In this document: positions 50,130 through 62,900 of the stretch, piece by piece
Numbering within the stretch: the stretch's first letter is position 1
Layout of the letters: the number at the start of each line of letters is the position of its first letter
Notes under the pieces: generated by a model
Told to the model about the DNA's origin: nothing
Database searches by the model: none
What the model saw: the letters and a program-made list of their open reading frames with translations, nothing else
DNA from: Camelus ferus
Lineage: Eukaryota
NCBI RefSeq assembly: GCF_009834535.1
Contig: NC_045696.1
Coordinates: 33,606,001-33,670,000, forward strand
Direction: 5' to 3'
Length of the DNA stretch: 64,000 nucleotides
Program-made: the position numbers and the translations under genes

Positions 50130-50470
50130 GTTTATTTTTTTAATTCACATATCATTTAATTTACTCATTTAAAATGTACAATTCAGAGGTTTTTAGTATA
50201 TTCACAGTTATACACAACCATCACTACACTAAATTTTATCTTTGCCAACCCTATATTGTCCTTCCCCCTTCTCTCTCCCCATTGGTAACAATTTATTCTC
50301 TATGTGAGTATGCCTTTTTTGTTATATAACTACTTTGTAGTTGTATTTTTTAGATTCCACACATAAGTGACATCATACAGTATTTGTCTTTCTCTGTCTG
50401 ACTTATTTCACTTAGCATAATGCCCTCCAAAGTCCATCCTTGTTACTACAAATGGCAAATCTCATTTTTT
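50130..50470 (-). mobile_element. Older L1 3' fragment (L1MA/MB-like)
   Basis: TGTACAATTCAGAGGTTTTTAGTATATTCACAG and TTTTAGATTCCACACATAAGTGA..ATCATACAGTATTTGTCTTTCTCTGTCTGACTTATTTCACTTAGCATAATG. Confidence 0.8.
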
Positions 50471-53400
50471 TAAATTTTGTTTCAACTGTCTGCTAATTAG
50501 TGTAGGTTTCAAAGAGAATAATTAATATATAAATGATTTTGATAACCTGAGCTAAAAACTAAGTATTTCCTCTAAAATTTTAGGACTTTTTATCTGTATT
50601 ACAGCAACTGAACAGTTTCCAGGACAAGATTTCCTTTCAAATCAAAACACCTTTTTTTTTTTTTTTTTCCCTCTAGAGCAAGTAGGCTGTGGAGAGCAAA
50701 TTCTGTTTTATTTTAAAGTGAATTTATAGGTTATTGAATTTTTCATAATGCTTATTTCCATTGATTATCTTAAATACTTTCTTGATAAGAAGAAAGTGTC
50801 TGCAAAAGTCTATCTAAGACAGGAAATTGGGCAGAGGACTAAGCTATAAAGGCACAGAAACCCAGTGCTGAGAGATCCCCTCCATGAAGCCAGTCTGCAG
50901 AATCCTCAGAAGAGCTGAGTTTCTAAATCTAAGGCTGAAAACATGAAGATTCAAATCTAAGAGAAAAAAGAGGGTGTTTGTGTTGGGAGGGGAGGGGGTG
51001 ACGGGGAAGAAATTGTGAGAAACAGAGGAAATCAGTCTATTGGCCAAGTGAAAGTCAAAACCCAGTCAATCAGATGAAAACTATGAGCCCCATGCACTCT
51101 ATGCCCAATCCAGAGCTAGGATAAAATGATATATTTTAGAGACAAAAATATTATTCCTACCTTCAGAAAATATATTTCTAGTTTGGACTTCAGAGTAAGT
51201 GGTCAAAATTGGGCCACATGAAACAATTAAGGGACAAAGCCAAACACTAATCAGTGAAATAATAAAAGCAATTACTAGATGAGCTCAAAGAAGGGATAAA
51301 AATATGTGTGGATTGGGGATCAATGTCTAACATTGAGGGTCCAGATCTCTGACTATAAATACACAGGATTAGCACAGAAGGAAGCCCCCGCAAAGCAGAG
51401 CTGCTCTTTACATCTTGTTTTGCAAGTTAATCTTTTTTGCCATCAGTCAACTCATTTGTCCTGAAGTTCTCAGAGAATTAACAGTAGAATTGGCTGTCTT
51501 AATATGAGCAGATTCTGAGTTTGATGAAATTGTCTTAAGGTTTTTAAATATCATCAAATCATCATCAAAAGGCATTTCTGCCCCCTCCTCTTCTGGTGGG
51601 ACTATCATGTAGACATGATCCTAAAAATGATGAATTACTCTTATTAGATAAATGACAATTTTCCAGTGATTTATTGAATAAGCATTGTGCACTCTTGCCT
51701 TAAAACATTAATTTTCCTCATTGTTATCTTTTTGCTTTACTGTAAATTTCTTTCTATTCCCCCCCTGAAATATTCCTGAGTTTGATTTATCCAATACCCT
51801 CAAAAACTCATATGAAAGACAAATGAGTTGACGCTGGTCATATCTCATAAAACACGTTTGGAGAATAATTTTTGTTGTATAGGAAAACTTTTTGGTCAAA
51901 TTTGCAGTTGGTTTTCAAAGGTCATGTTTTTTTCAACCCCAATTCAGTTAGTCTTAAAAAGCATGTGTTAGTCATGTCCATCAAATTAACAGCATATCCT
52001 CATCCAGTAGTATGTGGAACTGGTGACAGATATGTCAAAAATAGCCCATTCCACTTCATAAAGTCCAGTTAACCAAAGAATAATTTGGTCGTCTAGAGAA
52101 AATTTCAGTGACTACTGAAGTAAGAGATTATTGCCTCTGAAAGCTTTGTTTAGGAGAATAATCAGCGTTTATTTGAACATTAATATAGATTTTGCAATGT
52201 CCTTTTCATTAGTTTCTTTAATCATAGAGAGATGAAAACTTGTAAATTTTTTAAAAAATCTCTATGCTCAGAATAAATGACTATCTTTTTAGATACTTTA
52301 AAAATGCTTTTTAATGATTTTTCTTACATAATAACTTTCAGCTTTTTACTCTGACGGATATTCTCAGGAATAATACAAAACTTCTTAAGGATCATTTATT
52401 ATTTTCTAACATTTTGCGTTCAAAGGAGAAAAAAATAAGTAGACGTAAAATTTGTGTCTAAAAAAGGTTCATCTTGGTAAAGTCTGACTGATGCATTTTA
52501 TGATAAAAACAGGGTTTCAAGCCACTCAGTGAATCGTATTCCCTTCCGTAAAGATCTGAAGAAGCTATAACTATTTAAAAAAAAAATAGCAAGAAGGCAT
52601 TTATGATAGAAAAGAAAGTTCTGTGTACTTTCCCTGATAGGTCAAGCTAGTTAAGAAAGTAAAAACAAAGACAGTTTCTTGTCCATGGTTCCACTAACAG
52701 TTTTACGTAGGCTGAAAAATGGCCTTGAATCCTGTGACTGGGCAGTCTACTTTTGTTTCTCCTGCCCTCCTGCCCCTGTCCTGCTGAAAGCAAACACGGC
52801 TTGAGAAAATGCCTAGAAACAGTGATCTTATTGTGTTGATCTGAGTGCAGTTAGATGCCTGAGAAGTGCAACATGCCCCACAGATGTGGAAACCATGTAA
52901 TTCTGAGCTTCCTCCAGGAAAAAATGGGCTCCGATAGGCTGGCACGAAAGCTCTTCTAAAGGTGTAAAATAACCATGAATTTCCTATTACTGTGGACAAC
53001 TATTTCAGTTATTCACAACCAATTTAAGCATGGTGGCTAACAGCTGTTCGTAATAGTCCTGCCTTTGAGTACATATACCTTCTAATCAGAGCGAGGGACA
53101 TATTCTTCACTCTGTCTTGTTTTTCTCAAGTTATAACCATGTTATTTTTGCTTAACATCTAGTTCACTAGTTTACTTGATTTCATGAAACCTGAAAATGT
53201 ATATAGCCTGCTTACAGAAGACATGGAGAAGTACCACATTCTTGTTTTATAAAAGTCTGAATTTTGCCTCAAGAATGCATTTTATATTTTAAAAATTTCT
53301 ACATAGTTAACACAGGTTTATATTAGTCACAAAGTTTGAGAAGTCTTACAAGTTTGCCTAATTCTCAGTACAATAATTTTAACTGCATGAATAACTATGC

Positions 53401-56379
53401 CCAGAGATGCAACCCTCATAAAATACAGTATGTGCCAAATTTCATTTTAATTATAATCATTAACAGAATTTTAGTTTGAAGAGAAAACTGAATGGAAATA
53501 GACAGCATTTTATATACCCTGTTAGAAAGCCTATTTTTTCTTTGAATACATAGCATTTTGAATATCTACACAGAAGCTTTATGTCTTTGACCCAGAGGGA
53601 ACTTTTGTAATAAGCCTACTAAATTCTAGTATTAATTCAGATCTGTGAAATTGGCTTCAATCTGAGAAATGTCAATGCCATAGATAATAAAAGTCTAGTA
53701 TATAATATTATACATACTGCTCAAAAAGTATCAATAGAAGAAGAAGATGACAATGATGATGACGATGATGGGAGTGTGGTGAAATCTGGCTGCTAGTTAC
53801 AAATTTAATGTGACTTTCTGGAAATGGAAATCAGGCAGTACTAGTAATTTTTTTCCCCTGAAAGACAGTAATCTTTCAAAGTCAAAATGAATTGCCTTGG
53901 TTTCGGGGGACTATTTGTACCCATGGCTACTGTATATTGGAAAAGTACTTGTGGACTTAAATGGATGACTGAATCTATTTATGTGCCCTGCAAATCATTT
54001 TATAATCAGCACTTCAATTAGTTACCCTTTCCATGTACTTGAGGAAAACTTAAGAGAATTGAGGTACTGTATGTACTTTTAATCTTTTACTTGGGAGGCT
54101 TTTTACTAGTTTGCTTTGAGAACTCAAATCGATAAAGTTCAAAATGTTACTGCATTTGCTTGGATGATCGTATTTCAACATCACAATCAGGGAATATTAT
54201 TGTTTTATAAAATACACCTGATTAAAACCTACATGATGTAACAAAATGTAAAATGCAAATCTAAATTCACTATACATACAGTTCCAATCCACTTTCAAAA
54301 GTTATTTTGTTTCATTTCTTAAGGGGAAAGATCTAGCAAATGAAAGAAAAACTATGAAAAAAATTTTAACAGTGATGGTTTATGGAAAGGATAGAATATT
54401 AAGAAAGGCCCTGATACTTTAATTTCAAAAATCAATGTTATTACTAATATTGAAATGCAATTTTACAGAAAAATGTTAAGCCATGTCAGTGTTATTAAAA
54501 CTCATTTGTATTTCTCCAAAAATAACTTGCTTTTTCTCTCATAGAAAGTTTGGCTTTGAATTTTAACCCAACTCAAATTCAATGTTGAACTTCACAAATG
54601 GCGTTCAACTAACTTTTTAGTTACATATATTTTAAAATTGTATTAAGGATTAATATATTTTTCTCATTTTGATATGTAAATTTGCTCATAATTAAAACCA
54701 TATATAAAATTTTAAAACTAAGAAAAAAGGTTTTTCCTTAAAAATTTCTTCAAATAATACTTGGATTCATTTCTCTTTAAAAACTTTGAGATTCATAAGT
54801 AATAAGCCATTCTAAATCTTTTAAAAATTACTACTTACTCTAAACTTTCTGATAAATGAATTAAATAAAGCCTTTACAAGGCAATGCATTCAAACACTAC
54901 AAAAGGAATCACGATGGAAAATTTCACCTTCTCACAAACTATTATATATAATAATAATATTAATAACTGAATATTAGTTATTGATAATAATAAATTAATG
55001 CTAATAATAACTAAGCAAGTTATAGATGACAAAATTGAAATGAAAATATTATTTTACTGAGATATGTATCCTGAGTAATCAGTTGGACTCTATCTCTGTT
55101 TAAAGTAATTCATACCTGGTTGCATAATACAAAGTCATGTATTATCAAAATTAAGAAATTGTCACAGGTTTTGGAAGCTTGGAGCAACTTGCTGGTAAAG
55201 AGATGTAGCAGAGAGACTATTCTATTTTTATGATTAAAAAGGGTTTCTAGGGAATAAATACTAACAAAACAGAAAAAAAAATAGTGTAAGTGAAAGGACT
55301 TGTATCTTTTTTAAAAAATGCTATTATTGTGAAAAATTATGTCTTTCACTGTGCTCAGTGGATTATATCACAGGTGAGGAAAAATACTTAATAGCATGAA
55401 AAGAAAATTTCAAAATGTATACTTTTAGGAGAGCATTCATTTAGATTAGGCCACAGATTGGCATATAAACCACTTCCCACCAAATGAGTCAATTGAGATA
55501 ACAATATTTATTTGTTGAAATCAATCTTACTTTGAAAATCAGTGCTTCCTTCACAACCCATTAAGAAAAAAAAAGGCTAATTTCTTTGTTCATTTTTTTA
55601 TCTCTAAAACAGTTCAAAAAAAGGTTATAGTATTAATTAATTTGTCTACTTTTAAGAGTGTGACAAATAGAAGATGATAATGATAAAGGTAGGGCAGTGG
55701 AACCCAAAACTCTTTGCCTCATTTAGCTTTATCTTCAATAATCTTGTATGAGTTATTTTCATTTAACAGGAATTCCTGATAAAATTATTTCATTTTTCCA
55801 TCATCTAAAATGGCCACATAGGCAAAATTGGCCCAATCCTGGCTCCAATGAGTCTAGTGAAGAAATGGCAAAAGTTGTAGGAAAGCTGAATTGATTCTTT
55901 TTTTTTTTTTTTGATAATCACTGATAAATTCAAAATTTAAAAATAAAATAAAATAAAATAAAAATGAAGTTTCACACACACTAACTGATAAAACAGCTTG
56001 ACCAAAGGAGGTAATTGCAAAACAGACAAAAATTAAAAACAACATCTACAAAAAAAATATTTCTTTGAAAGATTTATCTGGCAAGTAAATTGACCAATAA
56101 TAGGGGATTGATCAGTTTAGGATAAACTACAATCTGATGGGGAAAACCTGGTCTTTAAGTTAGAAGGCAGACATGGTTCAAAATCTAGATTCTAAACTTG
56201 TCATAATTTTAGTCCCTCTAAGTAAGGTAACATTTATCTCAGACTTGGAATCCTCATAAGTAAATAAATGATACATCTTTAATAGGACTATTATAATAAC
56301 TAATTAATTATAGGGATTATAAAGAGCTTGACATAATGTGAGACAATGTGCAGAGAATTTTGCCAAATTTGTATGTATG

Positions 56380-56769
56380 TGTTATGAGCTGATTTGTCCC
56401 CTAAAATTCATATGTTGAAGTTCTAACTCTCAGTACCTTAGAATGTAACTGCTTATGGAGCAGGGCCTTTAAAGGGGTGATTAAGTTAAAATGAGGCCTT
56501 TAGGGTAGGCCCTAATCCAACTGACTTCTGTCTTTATAAGAAGAAGAAATTTGGATTCTCAGAAGAGACACTGGGGATGCTTGCATAGGGAGGAAAGATC
56601 ACGTGAGGACATAGCAAGATGGCAGCCACCTGCAAGCCAGGGAGAAAAGGCCTCAGGAGAACCAAAATCAGCTGAATCCTCAGTATCAGACTTCCAGCCT
56701 GCAGAACTGTGAAAAAATAAGTTTCTGTTGTCTGATATTTTGTTGTGTCAGCCCTGGCAAACTAATACA
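56380..56769 (+). mobile_element. MaLR solo LTR, MLT1B-like
   Basis: TGTTATGAGCTGA..TGTCCCCTAAAATTCATATGTTGAAG start and GCCCTGGCAAACTAATACA end. TSD GTATG/ATATG. Confidence 0.85.
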
Positions 56770-56839
56770 ATATGCATGCAGGTAAATAGAAAATTATCTC
56801 AGTGTAGACATATGTCCATTGCAGTATGTCATAGCTGTT

Positions 56840-57030
56840 GGAAACATGCCTCTGGGAATGTTCCAAAAACTTTGTATATATTATTTCATTTAATCCTAAA
56901 AATAATAGTAATGAGTTAAATGCTATTTTAATTTTCCTTTTACAAAGAGGAAACTGAGTCACAGAGGGTTTCAATAACCTAACTAAGGTCACACAGCTAG
57001 CCCAAGACCAGAGCCCAAGTTCATAACACT
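56840..57030 (-). mobile_element. MIR SINE
   Basis: TCATTTAATCCT..TTTACAAAGAGGAAACTGAGTCACAGAGGG..AAGGTCACACAGCTAG core. Confidence 0.8.
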
Positions 57031-58199
57031 ATTATCTAAAAAAAAAATTCAAAATTAAACATTTAGTTTTATGGGTCTGTAGTACACATTGTATAATCTT
57101 ATTCATTAAAGAGCATGAAGTCCCACAGCCTTTCTTAAGAAAGAAAGAAAAGTCATGTAGACTTGAATCCTAATTTGGGTATATATGCATGCCTGTTATC
57201 AGATCTGTTTTTACAAGAACTTTTCAATACTCATTTTCACGAAGAATGTAGATGACACATGGTTTTTAAAACATTAACAGTTGTTTTTAGTGTAGCCAAG
57301 ATTACAATATTAGAGTCATTTAGCCCCATCTGTTCCAAGTATCCATTGGGTAATTCCATGAGCATAAACACAAAGTAGATACAACTCAGAAGGAAATAAA
57401 AGCTGACTACCTTGTCTGACCCACAGGTAAAATGCTTAGACTTTTAACTTCAAAAAGAGTATTTCACTTTTCTAAAGCAATTTGGTGGAAGGATTTGAAT
57501 AGGTCACATATCTGAATTACAGACTAATTTAACAGAAACTTAGTTTGATAATTTGAATTATTATTAATCAACTATTGATATGGAGAGGGCCTCTGGGATA
57601 TAAAATAAGAGATTACTTGTTTTATGTTGAGCATCACTTATAAATAAATGTATCTAATGAAATTAAAATAGCATTTTTAGTTATGAAAAATATTTATTAC
57701 CGGGTGCCAGACACATTCCTAGATCTCAGATAGAACAATGAATAAGACAAAATTCCAGAAAAGGAATTTCTCATAAATATGAGAAAATGCCTACTAAAAT
57801 TTATTTAGTATCATTACTTTTCACTGAAATGCCTCTTTTTGCCTTTTTAATAGAGCAAAAAGAAATTTTACTTGATGATCTTATAAACATAATCATAAAT
57901 TCTAATTATTTAATTGTCCTAAAGCAGTGTTTTCATTAGTTTACTTATCCAATCTTGTTTTGTATGTGTCTTAAAATCTAGAAGGACTGTACTTTAAATA
58001 TTTTCTCTATCTACAAGAGTTGAACATAACAATTATGGAAAATTGAAACCAACAGAACAAATAGTATTTGTAATTCTTCTACCATCATTGGTCGCTACTT
58101 CTCAGAGATTGATGTATCTTTGCATATATTTTCATGCAAATGAAATGAAATGAAAATGAATGATGCATTTTCATGTATTATTTGTCTATATGTATTTGT

Positions 58200-59400
58200 G
58201 CCTGAAAATTTGATTCATGTATGCATTTATTCTACAATTTACAAATATGTATCAAATAGCTACTCTGTGCCAGAGCAACAGAATATGCCAGCCAGACTCT
58301 GTGTTCTGAGATGCAGAAGTCTGTTGTTGAAGACCAGGAATCCAGATCTGGACATCTGAGACATGCACTAAACACTCAGGTGGAAAAGTTGACCAGGGAA
58401 TTGGACATAGAGTTGTGCAGTTCAGAAGTGAAGTCTGGCCTAAATATATAACATTTGGGAGTAGAAGCATTTAAAACCATAAGGCCAGATAAAGCAGCAA
58501 AGATGTTATAATGGGTGGAGAAGAGAAGAGGTCAAGGACAGAGCCCCGATGCACTTCAATATTAGGAGGGTAAGGAGAAAGAGAAGAACAAGGAAATTTG
58601 ACAGAGAAGGAGCACCCAGTGAGAAAGAGGGAAGAGCAAAGATATGAGGTGTCTGGAAGGCAAATAAAAGAGGTTGAATCTAGTAGGAGAGAGTTTCAGC
58701 TCAGTGAAGTAGTGCTGGTTGGTCAAGTATGAAGGTAAGCAGGAAGTGACTGTTGCATTTAAGACATTGATCTTGATGAGAACAGTTTCCATGGAGTATT
58801 AGGGCAGGAAGCTTGGCTATAGCAAAAAGAAGGGAAAATGTGAGAAGAAGAATTAGAGCGAGGTATATAGGCCACTCTTTCCTGGGGTTTTGTAGAAAGG
58901 AGAATAAAGAAAAAAGTGAGTGGTACTTTAAAAGAAGGTAGGTGGGAAATGGAGTTAAAATAAGGTTTTGCTTTTTCTTTTAAAATGAGAAAAAATAATA
59001 TGTGGTTTAAATAATAATTGAAATTATCTGAAAGGGAACAAAAAATTGGTGGAGGAAGAAAGAGGAGGGATTGCAAAGCTTATGAGAAAGAGGAAGTGGT
59101 ACATCGTTGAGTCAGACGTATGAAGTGAGCTCTAGAAATAGGCAGAGGGGCAGGATATGTGAGGGCAGGTGAAGACAGATGGTTAGTCATGATTAGCGAC
59201 AGTCTTAAATGACCCCTTTTGATGACTGAGTGAATGGAGTAGGGATGCGACAGGATAGGCCCAGAGGGATCAGACTGATGTTCATGAATTTCAGGTGAGA
59301 ACAATCAAGGTGGTTGTTTTCGCCAATCATGTTCAGTTGATTGGGTGCAGAAAAAGAGTAGCAGAAATTTTGGATTTAGATGGCTATTGGATAAGCCATG
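58200..59400 (-). mobile_element. L2 LINE fragments
   Basis: TACTCTGTGCCAG, AGAAGAGAAGAGGTCAAGGACAGAGCCC and GATCTTGATGAGAACAGTTTCCATGGAGT antisense L2 blocks. Confidence 0.7.
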
Positions 59401-59519
59401 GAGTGGGCATAAAAAGCAAAAAAAAAAAAAAAAAAAGTTTTTATCAAATTTTTCTCATTAAGTCATAAGCCTCTTTTCTGTATTATCAAATATTCCTTAA
59501 AATTTTCATGCTTGTAAAT

Positions 59520-59941
59520 TGTTGGGCTGCGCCCCCCCCCCATAGGCCTACAAGAGTCGTAACTGCCCAGCCTCAACACCTGAGACAGTGATAGAGGGAT
59601 TAATGGCTTATTGGATGGGGAGTCTTACACATTTGAGGCAAAAGGTCCTGGAGAGGCACCTCCAGGGTACAGCAGAGTGCAGGCTGAACATGGCAAAAAT
59701 CTTCCTACTCTCCTAGTCAGGGAAGAAGGAGGCTACCATTTATAGGGGGAAGTGACATTGGATTGGCTTGTCAGTTACTAAGGAAACCAGCAGCTGAGGC
59801 AGGGGGCAAGCAAGTAGGTAGCTACTGACTAAGCCCTACGATTAAGAGGATTGTATAGTCATGTGAATGAAGCAGCGACTGCTCAAGAAGAGGATGTCCA
59901 GAGAACAACAGAACAGCCATTTTGCGTGGCCTGACTGTACA
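59520..59941 (-). mobile_element. Solo LTR of unassigned family
   Basis: GC-richer 422-bp block with TG...CA ends and a 5-bp TSD-like pair TAAAT/TATAT. The minus strand has tandem CCAAT boxes followed by TATAAAT. Confidence 0.6.
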
Positions 59942-62900
59942 TATATTAAATACATGAACAGTATGTTTAAATGTCTCTATTGTTGGAATTTATAAAATAT
60001 TTTTACTTATTCTGTATAATGTTTTAATAATTATTGAAGTTGAGGATCAAAATTGAGAACCAATTGAAAAAAGAAAGGTATCTAAAAGAACAAAAGAAAC
60101 TGAAAAAAGATTCCAAAGGAATAAATTATTCACTGGAAATCTACTGCTGCAAAACAATTCAATCCCCCAAATTCAGTGACTTTAAAAACAGCAGCTGTTT
60201 ATTTGCTCTCACTTCTGTGATTTAGATATGGATTGATGGAATTAGCTTTTTTTCTATTTCAGCATGCACCATATAAAACAGCCTGCCTGTAAAAATTACT
60301 TCCAACATGGCACTATTCACTGGCTGTTGCTACTGGCTGTTGGCTAGAAGTAGAGCTGAGGATTATTTGAAAGATTATAATATATCTTAGAAATCAATAT
60401 TTCATGATGGATATAAATTTAGATTAGATTAGAAGAGATTTACATATTCCGTTATTTTCCAAAAAGTCTTTTACAAGCTAATTTTACTTTTTTTTGGATA
60501 ACTAATTTGTGCCTCAATTTTGTTGGAGTCTCTCTCCTATCTCTTTTTGGTAGATTTTGTTGTTCTTCGTGTGGCCTATTAATGTGAATATTTATTTTCA
60601 TTCTCTACTTATAAATGTTAAAATATTCTAAATATACTCTTGCCTCTGAACAGAGTTTTGGACACATCTTATACATTTTACAATGGTGTTGGCTGCTAAA
60701 CAATGTCATCATGATTTGCTTTCTATTTTACACAGTGCTTTCTAGTAGAGATTTTCTTTGTTCCTTTTCTGTATTTGTATTTAATTTGTTGAGATTTTTT
60801 TTAACATCTAATTTTGGTGATTTAATTAAAGAATGTGGACTCAAATTTCTTCTTTGAGAAATACGTTGAGGTTTTTTTTCTTTGTAATATAATTCTAAGA
60901 TCACTTTTTGAAGAATTTTTTATGAACTCTTGATATAAATTTGTATTCTCAGTTTCCAGTTGCTGGGAGCAATGTTTTCCCCTTTAATTTAACCTAGTGA
61001 TTACTCAAATATTTTCTTTTATTCTGAATATATTACACTAACTACTTGATTGGCTAAAGTTTTTAATACGTAACAAAATTATTGTACCGGATTCATGGCT
61101 GAGAATATCTCTTTTGTAGAAACGCAGTATTTGTATTCAAATTAATGATCTGTTATTATACAATTAGTATTTGTCAAAATGTAACCTGAAAAACTCCATT
61201 CACTATTAAGCTATACAAACAACTTAAAAGACCATTTTATGATTTCAGGCCACAATTATTATAACCACAATTATTATTGTGCAATGGACATGATACCAGC
61301 TTCTTACATCTGGAATTACTTACTCTGTGCCATACCTTAATCCTAATTATGTATTACTTCTGGGTGTTAAAAATTTTTATATCTGAACTTGATTTATCTC
61401 TCCCTAATACTTAACAATACTTAAATACTTTTAAACACATTAAGACCTGAAAAGACAGTTATCATTTTGTGAATACAGGATGCATCTTCCTACCTGTGCA
61501 GTGTCTGACATTTAATGGTATAATGTCTCTTTTGATGGCATCTCAGATTTCATGTTTTTATGGCTTCCTCAATTGTACAAATCATTTTATCCATCTGGTT
61601 ATAAAGTATAGAAAGGATTATATTAATCATGTCCTTAATAGCACTGCAGTCTGAGCATGTTTACTGAAATCATATATCCACTCTTTGACTCTCATTTTAC
61701 AGAATATACCTCAGGATTTATTCTTACACTGTTATTGTAATTTTCATAGAAGAGTAGTATTTTAGTTCAGTTAATATTTTAGCATAGCAACTACTAATTA
61801 ATAATGTTTCCTAAGTTTCTTATTGATAAGTTAAAAAATGTAATGACATATCTATGTAATTATTAGTAAAGTTACAACTATTTGACTTTTATCATTTGCA
61901 AACTAAGAAAATGTCTCACATTATTTCTATGGAACAGAAGAATATTTTCTCTGTGAGCTTCATTAACATAGATGTTTTTCTGTCTTCTTGGTTTGGAATT
62001 ACACTTGTCACAACATAAGCAACTTCAGTATGAATAAAATGCTTTTTTGGTAATATAAATAAATATATTCTTGCAGACGGGGCTCACTAATAGTTAATTA
62101 TTCATACAGACAAGCCTCTGTAGTGGAATTTGTGAGGTTTATAAGTATATTTTAATGTCACTTCAACAAATGTACTTCTGTAACCAGAGAATAAGATTAT
62201 GGAGATGGCTTGCTATGGGTTTCAGAACTACTTGAAAAATGAAATACATTCTGTTTTTTTCTATAAAGCATGTTTATATTTTAAGTTTACTATTAACATT
62301 ATTATTTGTAACCTCATTGTTTTCTTTTACTCTAGCTATAAATATTATTTTCATCTTTAATCTTGAGCAGGGTAGTCTTTTCCCCTCAGACGTACCTATG
62401 TACTCTATCAGAGAGTGAATAATTTTTATTGCCATCTATGAGAAATAAAGCACTACATTTAATTTCCCCAGGTAAAGTCATATAGTAAAGGCAAATTTTA
62501 TTACAGCCTGTATTTAGAACTTAAACTACTAGTTCTTTGTTAATAGCATTACTGTTGTTTTTGTCTGTCTTTAAAACCCAACATCCATATAGGAAATCTT
62601 AATGTTACCCTTATATTCCTTTCAATGAAATCTACACATCTTGAAGATTACACGCACACACACAAACACATAATGTCTCTGTAGTTGACAACCTCATCTG
62701 AATATATGTCAACATGTAGCATTGTGAGCTAGATCTGTGATAGCAAATCTAAACTAGAATCCTATATTCTCCATTTATGATTTGTTTTTCCTTTTGCAAG
62801 CTACTAAATCTTTCCAAGTTTTGGAATTCTTTACTGTTCAATGGGATTTTTACCCAGGACCCTGTGAAGATTTAGGGAGACAACACATCAAAAGGGTAAT

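Noticed and set aside
62455..62480. Other YAG|GTAA fused splice motifs (also about 5550, 42478 and 57426)
   Set aside because: Short pyrimidine tracts or weak donors, expected by chance at this window size.
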